Positions 22,101-42,006 are shown, counted from the stretch's first letter. The stretch: 51,801 bases of DNA from Ministeria vibrans ATCC 50519 (GCA_943704425.1 CALSCP010000031.1:1-51801), one strand, 5' to 3'. Made by a program: numbers and translations. The notes: generated by a model from the letters alone, not told the origin.

Positions 22101-23731
22101 TGGCGCTCGACTACGACCTCATCGCGGCGGTGGTCACGCACATTTGCAACACGACAACGTCCGACGATGCTGAAGGCGCCGTCGGTGCTATTCTCATTTT
22201 TCTGCCAGGCATGGCGGAGATCCGCCAATGCTGCAACGCGCTGCAGAATGCTGTGTCACGACGGTCCGAGCAGTTTCGCATTCTGCCGCTGCACTCGTCG
22301 CTCACGTCGCAAGAGCAAATGCGCATTTTTGAGCGACCACCGCGTGGCACGCGCAAGGTTGTTGTGAGCACTAACCTGGCCGAGACATCCATCACCATTG
22401 ACGACGTCACGCATGTGATTGACAGTGGACGCGTCAAGGAGACACAATACGATGCGGCACGCGGCATGAGCTGTCTGGTGGACACGTGGACAAGTCAGGC
22501 GAGCACACGCCAGCGACAGGGCCGTGCCGGTCGCGTGCGTGCCGGTGTATGCTTCAAGTTGTTCCGCCAGCGCCGCCATGATCGCCTCAGTGCCCACCAA
22601 ACTCCCGAGCTGCTGCGCGTGCCGCTTGAACAGCTCTGTTTGCAAGTGCTGGGACTGGGCCACAGCAACGCCGGCACCTTTCTGGCAGAGGCGCTCGATG
22701 CCCCCGACACTGCCAGTGTCTCCATTGCCATGGACAACCTGCGCAGCCTGGGCGCCGTCGACGCACACGGTGCCATCACTGTGCTCGGTCGCCACATTGT
22801 GCAGATTCCTGCTGACGTGCGCATAGCCAAACTGCTGTTGTTTGGCGCGCTACTGCGCTGCCTCGAACCCATCCTCACCATTGCCGGGTGCATCGCGTAT
22901 CGGTCGCCCTTTGTCACGCCCTTTGACAAGCGCGAGGAGGCGGATACAGCGCGACGAGCATTTGCCACGGGCAAGTCCGACCTGTTGGGGTACGTGCGGG
23001 CTCACGATGCCTGGGCCGATGTTGTGCGTCGTGCGCAGACTCCGAGTGCGCGTCGTCGTGACGAACGTCGCTTTTGCGAAGAAAACTTCCTCTCGCTTAA
23101 CACCCTCCAGCAGGTGTCGGAGCTGCGACGCCAATTCCGCGGCATTCTCATTGACATTGGCTTTGGGGCGCGCGAAGGCACCGCCGACGCAGCACGACTT
23201 AATGCCATGGGCCACAGCACCAAGATCATCAAGGGGGCTTTGTGTGCGGGGCTCTATCCCAATGTGTGTCGCGTCGAGCATCCCGAGACGACGTATGTTG
23301 CGGTGGAAGCCGGTGCGCTTGCCAAGGACGCCACCGCCCGCGAACTGCGTTTGTACGGCCGTGATCGTGAGCGTGTCTTTGTACATCCCAGCAGCATTAA
23401 TTTCTCCGAACACCACTTTGACGATCCGTTTGTTGCGTACCACGAAAAGGTCGAGACGAACAAGATTTATTTGCGCGACACGACCATGGTGGGCGCCTAT
23501 CCACTTCTGCTCTTTGGCGGCTCGATCGTCGTGCGCCATGAACAGCAACAGATTTGCGTCGACAACTGGTTGTCCTTCCGCGCTCCCGGTCGCGTCGCTG
23601 TGCTCGTGTCCGAACTGCGACAACGCCTCGATGCCTTGCTTGCCGCCAAAATCACCGATGCCAGTTTTGATCTTGTAGGCGACCCTTGTATGGACGCCAT
23701 TGCGCGTCTCGTTGAGTCCGATGGCCTGTAA
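19139..23731 (+). CDS. DHX57: DEAH/RHA RNA helicase, DHX57/DHX29-like (UBA-like, RWD, helicase core, HA2, OB), single exon
   Basis: GETGCGKTT, TQPRRISA, DEVHER, MSAT, TNLAETSITI, QRQGRAGR; N-terminal SWTGKLP and RWD YP..PP; ATG at 19139. Confidence 0.9.
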   Translation: MGRSRRALAREAHMPKPPPKTAPSAAAAATASAAGPSRRSTPAQASASSSSSSIPAAAAAAAKTATEPSYSLSSWTGKLPATLLQNLCQKHKWHSPSYQTKPTKHATVRVHVSVARDNRKTGKVDRVVYCDERATYDTAQEGRHFAATYALYQINSHMPMHLMLPPPHRDYWVQLDKNGPKTSLHVPGDPFAPAPQPTSSSKSSTSSSSSTPTTAADYRERDRRRQEKLLKSMPYVRMNDVHRERVESALRTSSQGLLAATARHASSTGVSRLFDDTDTDSDAPSATAVASQTAAATAAARKQVWQTVRRAVVDLGFVREHVDTAVAFYRDTLKAQADDLFFSHGDDPVQSVQSKVLDWLCLNVPEPDLPTLFRPKTVNVLETGSRDAVQLARQFMADRLALCGFPRKACLMSLQLCHDDEETALNILCRALASTADSASSDLSNAPISKRRTSDGDAVEDKDNNVGEFGSTDADLKEERREELLALSDILGEHRLQHPSPHQVRVTVPSVRPPLALTAHFPLGSRYPLEPPSLVVHFQDAALEPAADHANAAKSLHVSAHARLCLMRALYTFARDQLAGEPMIYSLVDWLETHGQAMLDRPPPLQSLHLHHIQTLLAAQLDGSSTTITTTSTTSSSTDAIDASSNKQRSSHHGKRPSGTGDRASGAQLLREFRQQQTQTKYKEMQKSREKLPASKHKQIVVEAVRGNRVVVISGETGCGKTTQVPQFLLDDYLERGEGHKCHMVCTQPRRISATAVAARVASERAEPVGGMVGYSVRMETRRSARTRLLFCTTGVLLRQMQSDPLLRGVSHVLVDEVHERNVDTDFLLVLLRRLLERRRDLTLVLMSATLDAQRFSDYFSGAPALHIPGFTFPVETVFLDEIIRLTRYSLRDIIERQNRKARGKDNTRGGRGGGRGGGRPLRGAAPSKGASSSAMLAYYDDGRDDAAVGRENVDDDTDDGDGAGRAIAIPADGGAYGLSAVTDDAELALDYDLIAAVVTHICNTTTSDDAEGAVGAILIFLPGMAEIRQCCNALQNAVSRRSEQFRILPLHSSLTSQEQMRIFERPPRGTRKVVVSTNLAETSITIDDVTHVIDSGRVKETQYDAARGMSCLVDTWTSQASTRQRQGRAGRVRAGVCFKLFRQRRHDRLSAHQTPELLRVPLEQLCLQVLGLGHSNAGTFLAEALDAPDTASVSIAMDNLRSLGAVDAHGAITVLGRHIVQIPADVRIAKLLLFGALLRCLEPILTIAGCIAYRSPFVTPFDKREEADTARRAFATGKSDLLGYVRAHDAWADVVRRAQTPSARRRDERRFCEENFLSLNTLQQVSELRRQFRGILIDIGFGAREGTADAARLNAMGHSTKIIKGALCAGLYPNVCRVEHPETTYVAVEAGALAKDATARELRLYGRDRERVFVHPSSINFSEHHFDDPFVAYHEKVETNKIYLRDTTMVGAYPLLLFGGSIVVRHEQQQICVDNWLSFRAPGRVAVLVSELRQRLDALLAAKITDASFDLVGDPCMDAIARLVESDGL

Positions 23732-24153
23732 TTCAACGTGTGTAAATTATTATTGTAGTAATGAATTTATTAGAAACCGGAGTATGAGAGTTTCCCAACT
23801 GACTTTTGAGTTTTTGGTTGATGGGGTGGGTGTGACTGCTTTTACTTAACACGTCTTATGGTCTTTATTTTTCAATCCTCTCTTGGGTCTTCACTGTCAG
23901 ACGTGAGTCTGTCGTGACCATTGGTGTCAATACTCAATATCCATTGGTGTCATCCGTGTCAATGACTCAGTGGTGTGGTGACTGTATTTATAAACAATCT
24001 ATTCATGGCCATCTGGATTGTACGATATAGTTAATGCAATTGTCAATTGAACTCACTGATTTGAAAAAAAATTAATAATAATACTAATTAATACTAATTT
24101 CATTTTTTTTCTCTCTCTCTCTTTCTTTCTTTCAAGGAATCCTACAACTTCTC

Positions 24154-31907
<7,754 letters not shown>

Positions 31908-32236
31908 AAAAAAGCGAAAAAAAAGCGAGAGAGTGCGTAAGTACGCGAATGAGAGAGAGAGAACACGATAAAGAAACCCGAGGAATATATTTGCGTGTGT
32001 GTGCGTGTGTGTGAACGTTGATACAAGAAAAACAATAAACCCAAACGAAGTTTTCAACCAACAACAATAATAATAATAATACCAATAACAATAAATTAAT
32101 AATAATAATAATAATAATTATTATTATTATTATTATTATTGATATTATTTATTTGTATTATTGACTATTGACATAAATTGACGTCTTTTCAAAAAAATTA
32201 CAATTTTTATGTTTATGATTGTATTATTGTTAATTG

Positions 32237-33749
32237 TTACGTTACGTCATCAAGTTTACTCGTCCATTTGAGCGAGAGCGGGAGAATTTCCTCGGGAGGG
32301 ACGGGAGCGGGAGCGGGTGGGAGGACGGGGGGAAAGCGGATTGGAAGGGGCATCAGATAGCGTGTCGCCTGTGGAGACGGTGAGGGAGAGCCAGGGAGGC
32401 CGGAGGGAGGAGAGGGCGGCGGGGGAGTAGACGGGTGGAGTGATGGGGCGCACCTGCAGACTGGTTTGCATGCGGTCCAGGAGCGACTGACGACGCGCGC
32501 GCTTGAAGTGCTGGCTGGACCGAAAGTGCATGAAGAGTGAAAAAAGCACATGGAGAGACTGAACGAGCGTTTCGGCGCGCACCGGAATGTCCACTAAAGC
32601 ACAAGCAATGGTGACGTACTCGACCAGCGGTACGTTCAGGTCGTGTGTCAGTAGAAAGGGCTGAGAAAGTAAAAAAAGGAATTGTGTCAAAGATTAAGTC
32701 GCGAGCAGGATCATGATTGGAACAAGAATTATGATGAATATTGTATGGTGACGTACTTCACCGTGAAGGAGCATGTGCTCAACGTGTTCCGGCCAGGGCT
32801 GCATGAGCTGCTCGATGGACGGCATGGGCACGGTGTAGAGTACGTTGCGGCCGGCGGCGCTGTGGGTGTGCTGCACAGTGCTCACCCACTCGTCGATGTG
32901 CTCACCCACTCGTCGATCGGTTGGCTGCACTGAGCGCACTCCATCTCTGGCGCTGCCTGAAACACCGGGTGACTTGCTCAGTGCACGCAAGCGCAAATCC
33001 AGGCTGGCCGAGTCCGACTGCTGCGCGCACGGCTCATCAATCACTGCCAGACCCAGTCTCCGACAGCAGTCAGTCGCAGCGTTTTCGCGAATGCGATCGG
33101 GTGGAGCCTCCGGCTAGATAAAATAGTTAAGAAGGACAATATTAAAAGAGAGTCTCATGAGTTGTACCTTGAGAAACGCATCAACATCGCCAATGGAAGG
33201 CATGAAATCAGGAACAAATGGCATGAGACGAGAGTCAAGTTCGAAGACAATGGGCGAGTAGGCGTCAATGAGCGGAAAGAGCGCCTGAATAGCGGGCGGG
33301 GCAACGAGATCTTGGTAGTCGGTGGGCGAGTACATGCCGTCGGGGAGCAGCATACCATCGTCGCTGGAGCCCGTACCGCCGCTCACGTCGCTGGTCCAAT
33401 CGCTGTTGGTCTGTTGTTCATGATACTGCTGTTCTTCATCCTGGTGGGGATGAAGGCGGAGACGACGCGAGCGTTGTCGTTTTAGAATAATTGGAGCATC
33501 GCTTGTGTCGCTCGCGTCACTGGACGAGAGCCTATCGCACATGTGTAGACTGTTGCTCAGCATGTCCGCTTTGCCATTGGTCAAATTGAGATGTGTCGAA
33601 TGGGGCGATCGCCTGAGCGAGCCCGGGGGGGTTGCTTCAAAGACACCTGCATTAGACGAGCCACGGCGTCCCAATCTCGAGCAACGCGTTGCCGGCGGCG
33701 GTGTCATTGTTTTCTTGTGCATCACAAAATCATCATGATCCTCATCGCG

Positions 33750-33810
<61 letters not shown>

Positions 33811-34499
33811 GCATCATCAAGCTCGTCGTCGTCGTTGTAGTCGATATTATCATGATTAATATTTTCAGCATGAGTACTTTTGTGGCCCAGCTGGTGAGTA
33901 TTGAGAAGTGACGAGCGTGCATGCATATGTCGCGAAGAGGCGACTGGGGCAGCTCGCTCCATCTCGCTGGCCTCCGACGCCTCTGTTTGGGACAGGATCG
34001 TGTCGTGCCCACGAGAAGGCTCTTTGCTAGTTGACTGGAGTCGTCGACGGGGCGACGCACCAGCAGGGGTTGCGGGCCGTGAGGTTGGAAGCAACGCCTT
34101 CAAAATGCTCGATTCCAATTGGGCTGCAAGGTCTGCATCGTCGCCCTCACTGCAGCCGGCGGTATCTTCGCTGTCTGCCTCGTCTCCCTGCGACATGCCC
34201 GTCGTTAAAAGCGACGCAGCTGCCACGCGGGGATCGCCAAGAGCATCATTGAGTGCGCTGGAGACGACAGTGATTGATCTTGAGGGAAACAAAAGCTGCA
34301 AAGTGTCCAAGTCACCGTGACGCGCTCCCTGAAGCTTGCGCAGCCTTGCAAAGGCAATTTCCACGTCGGCACGTGCCTCGTCCACAAAGTGCGCGACGAC
34401 GTCTTCGCCGAGTGCGTCGACCAGATCCTCTTTGGTTGGCAGTGTCAACGCCGCAGCCTGCCCTGTGCTGGCTGCCTCCCTTGCTCGTCGCCGCCTCAT
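32237..34499 (-). CDS. IFT46: Intraflagellar transport protein 46 with long N-terminal extension (CUE-like motif, poly-Asp)
   Basis: YSPTDYQDL..LMPFVPDFMPSIGDVDAFLKV; LGLAVIDEPCAQQSD..LDLRLR; MPSIEQLMQPWP; ALVDIPV..QSLHVLFSLF..F.SSQHF. Confidence 0.9.
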
Positions 34500-34854
34500 C
34501 GCCGCCGCGGGAGTGTCGTTTGACGGTTTGAGTCACGCTTTTGACTCTATACTGATATTGTATGATCACAGAGGGGAAGAGAATCAATTATATTAATACA
34601 TGCTCGAATTTGTAATTAATTTTGTTATTTCGTCTGCGCATGACTTCTTCTCGCTAAGCCAGCGAGCCAGACCCGAGCCTTGATCAAATATAATTGCTTG
34701 GAGTGAGTGATCACACATCGTTCAGGAACGCAATTCTAAAATTGGGGCGACTCTTGAAAGTAGATCAGGATCAGGTTTAGTGACTTGCAAGTTTTAACTC
34801 TGTTTAAGTTCGCACTTCACTTTTCTTTTTTTTACTCTTCTTCTATTCTCTCGT

Positions 34855-35341
34855 ATGAGCTCACAGGCAGCCCCCGACCCTACGGCCACCACGACGGTGA
34901 CCACGGCCCAGCCACAGGCGAGAATGCGGTTGATGCAGTGACGTGCAACTCACACAGTGCTTTAGGTTGTTCGTGTTCACCTTCGCGCACAAAATGACGA
35001 CGCCGCCGCCGCCGCCGCCGCTCCCGACACCAATACAGAGGGCAGCCAGCATGTTCGCTGGCAAGCGTGCACCGTCGACAACGAGAACCTAGGCAGGAAG
35101 TCGTCGAAAAGTACGCGTCAGAGCACTGTCTGTCAATGCTCACCCTCGCCTTGTCTACGCAGTCTGCTGCATCTACCACAAGCAACGGGAGTTTGGTGAG
35201 TCGTCGTCGGAGAGCTCGGAGAGCGACGGTGGCAGCGACAGACGGAATGCGTATGAAAAGGCTCCGCAGCAGCGCAAGAAGGGGCGGCACCGTAAGCACG
35301 GGCCGTGTCGCCACCACGACGACGCGGGTCCATCGGAGTAG
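34855..35341 (+). CDS. PPP1R11: Protein phosphatase 1 inhibitor-3 (PPP1R11/Ypi1), 3 exons, not in the ORF track
   Basis: Manual splice gives HVRWQACTVDNENLGRKSSK|ICCIYHKQREFGESSSES, matching the V.W..VDNE..KKSSK.CCIY motif. Confidence 0.9.
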
Positions 35342-35420
35342 CCTCGACCACTTATTTGTAATTTGCGTGTACAGTTGATGTCTCTCATATGTCTTGTTGT
35401 TCCTGTTTCAAGTTTTACTT

Positions 35421-36794
35421 CTACATTCGCTTCTTCAAGTACGCTTCCCAGTCTTTGGCCCAGAAGTCACTTGAGTACGGCGCAGCAAAAGACTTGCCAT
35501 CAGGCGGATGAAACCACTATGAAAGAACAAAGCCGAAATGAGATGGGGTGGATCGGGATGTTCTTGCTCCTTCGACGTACATAGTTCATGGCCATGTGGG
35601 GGCAGTTGGGCGTACTCCACGACTGCACGTCGTGATACCAACCGCACGGCAGGTACAGCATCTCGCCCACCTTGACATCTACAAAACGCGGCATCGCCTC
35701 GAGGAAGCGGGGAAATTTGGTGCGCAACTCGGACACGGGTAGCATGGTGTCGACGCGACTGAAGTTGTCTGGACGCCTTTCCAAAGCATCATTATCCTTC
35801 TCCTCCGCCTCCTCCTCCTCCTCATCATCATCATCATCATCATCATCGTCATCGTCTTGTGCCAACCCATCGCCCTTGCTATTGTCACCCTCGCCACCAA
35901 ACTCCACATCCAGCACACTCTGCAAAGCCGTCTCGAGCTGTGCCTCCGCCTCATCCAGAGCTGCCTGAGCCGCCTCGCGCGTCTTGACACTTTTTGCCTT
36001 CTTTAACACAGCCTCGGCACGCGCCACCGCATCTTCAGCCGCACCTACTGCCTCCTCAGCAGCGACCGCTGCCTCCCCATCAACGTCACTCCCGTCCGCG
36101 CGCGTCTCCATTCCCTCATAGTTGATACGCCCATTTTCGTGTACTCGTGCCACGCGACCCCACGGATACATGCGCCGCCACTCCTGCGGTGCATACAGTC
36201 GAAATCGCTTCCGTGCACTCATCAACACATACAAGTTGTCGTGATGGTCGTGGTGCAGCTACAAAGCAATGTCAAAAAAATTAATACTCACCACGCGCGC
36301 AACCCCTCTATCCTACGCCACTTCGCGATCCATCAGGAGCATTGCCCGCCCACAAATTGACATTGAAGGGCACTAGATTGCCCATGAGCGCAGGGCGAAG
36401 CGAGAAGTCGTCGCGCACCGACAAGAGGGGCGTGCCCATGACGTCGGGGCGCCCATCTGAGTCACGTGCCATCTCTTGGGTTGTCAGATAATGCTTGTCG
36501 TCCCCCTTGTTGATTAAGTCGACAAAATCCCCAAACGTCATCTCCACCTCTTTGCCGCGTCCGTAGCTATACAAAATCAATGGTTTCTTAAAATGAGATT
36601 TATATAAAATTTGCATAAAAAGAAGGACAGGGACAAACGTTTCTTACGTTTCGCTCACTGACTCGCGCTTCTCCACCTTGACCTTTTGTTCGCCCGCCTT
36701 GCTCTTCAGATAATCCAATGTCCATCGGTCAACTGGAGGCCCGCCTAGAATTAGAAGAGGGAGACAGAAGAGAGAGACATAAGTGAGAGTCAGA

Positions 36795-36887
<93 letters not shown>

Positions 36888-37042
36888 GTGATGGAGGGGG
36901 AGAGAGAAACAAAGTGATAAAGAGAGAAACAAAGTGATAGAGAGAGAAACAACGTGATAGAGTGAGAGAAAGAAACAAAAGTGACAGAGAGAGAAAAAAT
37001 GAAAAAGAAACAAAGTAAGGACAGAGAGAAAGAAATAAAGTG

Positions 37043-37093
<51 letters not shown>

Positions 37094-37669
37094 TGGGTGT
37101 GGGTGTGCGAATGAATGAGACAGGAGAGAAAGAGCAAAGTGACAGTGTATGTATGGGTGAGAGTGTGGGTAAAGCAAAGTGAGAAGAGGGAACAGAGGGA
37201 GCGAGCGAGCGCTCCGCGTGAGCGACTGTCGAGTCTGAGTGAATAGCATACCAGCAAGTTGGCCTCGAATCAGCACGGGAATACGTTTCGCGACGAAATC
37301 ATTGTAGAACTCTTCGGGAGTGACAGAGTCCACTGTGATGACAGCAATCTGTTCAGTGAGGTCCGATGGGCGTCGCGCTTTGGTCGTTGTCTGCGGTGTT
37401 TCAGTGTCGACCGTTGAGGCGGACACGGCCGACACGGCAGGCGCTGCCTCCATCAGCCGCGCCGCTTGCCCCGCTGGATCCACGACGGAGCCATGGCCGA
37501 AGCCCTGGCCGGCTGTCTTGGCGCGTTTCGCAGGCGCTTCTGCGTCTGTGTTTGCAACGCGTTTTCTCGCGCTTGTTGTCGACGCCGCCTGCGCCGTCGC
37601 CTGCTCTTTCTTGGCTGATGCCTTCTTTGCCGACGCAGTTGCAGGCTTCTTTTTCTTCGGTGACATCAT
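35421..37669 (-). CDS. JmjC/cupin-8 family 2OG-Fe(II) hydroxylase (multi-exon)
   Basis: TPEEFYNDFVAKRIPVLIRG; WTLDYLKSKAG; YLTTQ; NLWAGN..SGLHHDHHDNLYVL; GEMLYLPCGWYHDV; AMNYWFHPPD. Confidence 0.88.
36798..37106. repeat. Intronic (GA)n and (GT)n microsatellites
   Basis: Seen directly. Confidence 0.9.
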
Positions 37670-37892
37670 AGATAATGAGAAATTTAATAATGAGTATTAA
37701 TTAATTTATTAAAATTTGAAACGTGTTAAACATCGGAAACAAATTATCTCGTTCTAGTTCGTTTATGTGCAACACTAGTAGCTTCATGTTAAAAGCGCAC
37801 GCGAGACAAACAGAAACAGCAACGCCAGCCCAGTCAGCCCACATTGGTCGAAGAATAGCGAAAGGCCAATGAAGGTACTTGAGTCGTACTGT

Positions 37893-39742
37893 TTATTTTA
37901 CAAGAGAACGCTCGCGGGCAAGATCAAGCTCCTGGTGAAAGAGATCGATGAGGACGGTGTCGGGTTGGTCGGTTGGCACGAGATCGTCGTCGGCAACCAG
38001 CGAGACGGAGACGGCGCCGTTGAAGGAGAGAATGGAGATGCTGAGACCGCCCTGGCAGCCCTGCAGGCCAAAGATGTGGATGTGCTCGATGGAGTGGGAG
38101 GCGAAGTAGAGGGGCTTGTCGGGTCCCATGACGTTGGTGATGATGGCGGGCGCCTTGGCCATGAAGTACGGCACCACCGCGCGGTTCATCCAGGCTGGCG
38201 AGTAGCCCCACATGTCCATGCTAAGAGATACGGCGCACAGTGGTAAGCAATGCCCCCTCGAAAAAAATCGAAACACACTTACCTGACAAGCGTCATGTAG
38301 AGGTAGGCAACGTCGTACTTGCGGCGGGCCATGGTAGTGCTGGTGAGGCGTGCACGCTCGACGGGGCAGGGCGGGTTGAGAGGCAGAAAGTGCCAGATGC
38401 CGGCCGTGTGGTTCATGAGCGACTCGACGTCCTCGACGGTGCGACGCATGGTGACGGGAATGGGAACAAAGATGTGTGGGGGAATGGGAATGCACCGCTG
38501 CACACACAGGCGACGGATGGCCCCCGAGATGCATGAGACAACAAGGTCGTTGAGGGACACACCCAGCCCGTCTTTGATTGCTTTCATTTCGTTGAGGGAC
38601 GTGCGCGTGCTCCAGTTGATCTGCTTTGCAACTGTCTCGGGCTTGTTTAGAATCGTCTTGCGGTGGTGTGACAGGTAGAGGAAGTCGAAGAGGAGCATGG
38701 CAATCCAGCGCACCGCATAGACAAGGGCGCGCGGCACCCGCAGTATCACATTGACAAGACGAGCCAATGGGTGAGAGCGCGCCTGAGCAGCCGCTTTGTT
38801 TCGTCGCGCCGTCTTCGCCTTGGCCTTGGCCTTGGCCTGCCCCTCGACAAACGCTTGCTTCAGCGTCTCCGTGAACGGCACGCCATCCGCGTCGACCGTG
38901 CACGCCGCAAGCAGCAGGTTTGCAGCAATACCATCGCCCACACAGTGACTGATGCGCAGCACAAGCGCCGAACGGGTGGAGTCACGGGTGCTCGTCACCA
39001 GATGTGTGCTCCAGAGTGGGCGCAGAGGGTCCAGCTCGAGCGGAATGATTTCGCTGGCGACCCTCTTTAGAACGTCGTCTGTGAGCTCCACCTCCGTGTC
39101 CACACTGTACTTGTGCACGTGATTCTCGATGCAGTAGTCGGCATCGTCAACAAAGCGGTGCATCAGCGGGAAGTACCACACTCGCTCGACGCACTGGCGC
39201 ATCCGCCGATGGTGCTGGGCCGTCGCCCCCAGGCGCTCCCGCACCTCTTTCAGCGTGATCCGCCCCGTCAATACAATCATGCCCGAAATCACCTGTGGCC
39301 GAGTGGGCTTTGCCAATTTCACATAGAGATTCTCAAAGCCAGTCAAATACTACGGGTGAAAAAAAAATTTTTTTTAATAATAATAACAAACCAAGAATTA
39401 GAACGAGAAGAAAAGCACTGTGTCAGAAGACACTCCGTCGGCGTAGAAGCCACGCACGGTTATAAAGAATGGGCGGGCCGGCGATGGTGGGGCGAGCAAG
39501 CGCTCTTTGAAGGGGACACGGGGTTTTCGCTGTGGGACCATCAAAGGGCCAGCAGGGACACAGGACGGCGGCCCTCGCCACGCGGCGGCGGGAGTTGCAA
39601 CACGCTGTCTTACCGCACTCTTATTGGTCGGGTTCTTGCCGCTGACGCAGCAGAGGAAGGTCACCAGGCCGACAAAGGCTGTGCCCAACGCCATCCCTAC
39701 GGCACTGCCCCAGAACGACACCTGCGCCACATCCACATCCAT
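37893..39742 (-). CDS. Bifunctional wax ester synthase/diacylglycerol acyltransferase (WS/DGAT) family, N-terminal TM, 3 exons
   Basis: LDPLRPLW; RISHCVGDG (HHxxxDG-like); GVSLNDLVVSCISGA; AIITNVMGP; LSISILSFNG. Confidence 0.88.
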
Positions 39743-40062
39743 CGCCGCACTCGCTCACAACCAAAATGTGATCACTTTCCCCAGAATTGGGAGTCGGCAA
39801 AGTAAAATATTGAATGAGTAATGAGTTACGACTTACGAGTCAGTAATAAAGGGAATTGGATGTTACACAGACTTACGCTTAGGCCTTTCACTCTTTTTGA
39901 CTCTTGTAGCGTAAGCGTAGAATTAAGAAAAGTATCACTCTCCAACAATTTTTAGAAAGTAGTACTGATCTTTGTGTAGTCAATTTTCGTTTGTTCGATT
40001 GATAGTAACTAATATCAATAATTATTCTTATTATTCACGATCAAAGTCAAAAAAAATACTTA

Positions 40063-40318
40063 ATGTCGGGCCTGCAGCCACCTGCACCGTCTTTTCCAGC
40101 GGCCAATTCGGCACAACGGGCAGGCGAGCGACGAAAGGTACCTTTGTTCACCTTTCGAGTTGTGCTGTGAAACTCACCCCTATCCCCATCCCTGTACCCC
40201 CTCAAGGTCCCCTTGAAGCCTGGTCGATCGCTGATGGACTGGGTACGAGTGACACGCGGAAAGAACCTCGGTGGAGTCGGTGGAACGGTAGTAATCAATC
40301 CAAGAGAAGCCATCTGAC

Positions 40319-40363
<45 letters not shown>

Positions 40364-41877
40364 CTTCCTAGCAACGCGTCACCACCACAGAGCTTAGCAA
40401 ACACTGCACAATCAAGGATGCGTGGACGGCTGTGCGTGGACGCGTGTACAACATCTCTCCGTACATGGAGTACCACCCAGGGGGCGTCGACGAACTCATG
40501 CGTGCAGCGGGCATCGAGTAAGACGACGACGACGACAATCCCTTCCTTCTCACCGCATTTCGCCGCCTCTCTAGCTGTTCGCCCCTCTTTGACGAGTACC
40601 ACGCTTGGGTCAACTTTGAAACGACACTCAAGACGTGTTTCGTCGGCTACCTCGTGCCCGACGCGTCCGAGTCGGAAGACCACGATACATCAAGTACGAC
40701 GATCAGCGCACCCACAGAAAAGGTTGTTGATAAGGATGGGTTTGCTGTGCCCGCTCCACCCTGTAAAAGCGATGTCAAGGAGCTGCCGTGGGGCCACGAA
40801 AAGTTGGCAGATGGACCGGCACGCGTGTGGTTTACCATTCCGCCGCTGCTGGTCGATGGTGGCATTGCAAACGACGCACCAGCACCGTCAATTCACGTCG
40901 ACTCCAACGCCGCATCTGTTGTGGTGCACATTGAAAGTGCTTCAAGTGGTGGTGCCACGGCGGTCGAGGTACACCTTGACGCAGACACAGTCTGTCCACA
41001 ACGGGCGTTTGTCCGCGAGTACTCCTCACAAACGGGAGTCACAGTGGTCGTTGAGCTCCAGGATGCATCCCCAGCGACGACGTGGTCACGGTTGGGCACA
41101 CACACTGTTCGTGCGCTCCCACGTGACACTGGCGGTGCTTACCAACACATGAAAATTGTTGAGAAGCGACAGGCAACGCACGACACGCTGTTTGTCCGTT
41201 TGGCGTCGTGTGGGCGCCTCGTGGCCCCCGGTGGCCACGTCGTCGTCAAAGCGCCCCAGCCTACCCCGCCTCTCTTGCGCTCCTACACAGCCATTGCCAG
41301 CACCCGCGAGCACCTTGATCTTCTCATCAAAGTGTACCCAAACGGCAAGCTCACCTCTCAGCTGCTCCCGCTCGCCGTCCATGACACACTCGCCGTCTCG
41401 CGTCCTCTGGGCGCTTTTAACGTGCGTCGGCAGCTCATGCCCACCACCCTTAGCCGCATTGTCATGGTTGCTGGCGGCACTGGCCTCACCCCAATGCTCC
41501 GCCTCATCCGCTACCTCTACGCCACACACTCGGATGTGCCCAAGCACGTCACTCTCATTGCTGCGTTTCATTCGCAGCGCGACATTCTCGAGCGCACCAC
41601 CCTTGAACACATTGCAAAGCACTGTCCCTTTGCGTCTCTCGCCTCTCTCCAAATCCACTGGGTTCTCACGCAATACGACCAGCAAGAGGACACCGGCGCA
41701 CCAATAACAACGTGCGCGGGTCGCATCGACGAGGCTCTTCTGCGGGAGCTCCTGGGCGGGCCCTGCGTAGATTATCGCGCCTCTCTTGCTCTTGTGTGCG
41801 GCCGCTCCGATTTCACCCACGCCGTCACAGCCGCTCTCCGCCGTCTTGACTATGCCACCATACACACCTTTCTGTAA
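40063..41877 (+). CDS. CYB5R4: Cytochrome b5 reductase 4-like (b5 heme domain + FAD/NAD reductase), 4 exons
   Basis: [13 protein letters not shown]; [19 protein letters not shown]; YHAWVNFE; [25 protein letters not shown]. Confidence 0.9.
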
Positions 41878-42006
41878 ATCTTTTATAATAAATTCTTTTA
41901 ACACTCTTTTGGACGTTCGGTGAGGCTGTTCAATTGTTTTTGTATGGTGCAAAGCGATGGCACTTTCGATTTGTGTATTAATTGGTTAAAAGAGGCTTCT
42001 CTCTTC

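Noticed and set aside
19274-23678. Many 100-280 aa antisense or alternative-frame ORFs over DHX57 (likewise over myosin, MAT and TOP2)
   Set aside because: Shadow ORFs expected from GC-rich codon bias; no recognisable motifs
41880-42006. METTL16 UACAGAGAA hairpins in the MAT 3' UTR
   Set aside because: Motif not present in the short 3' region
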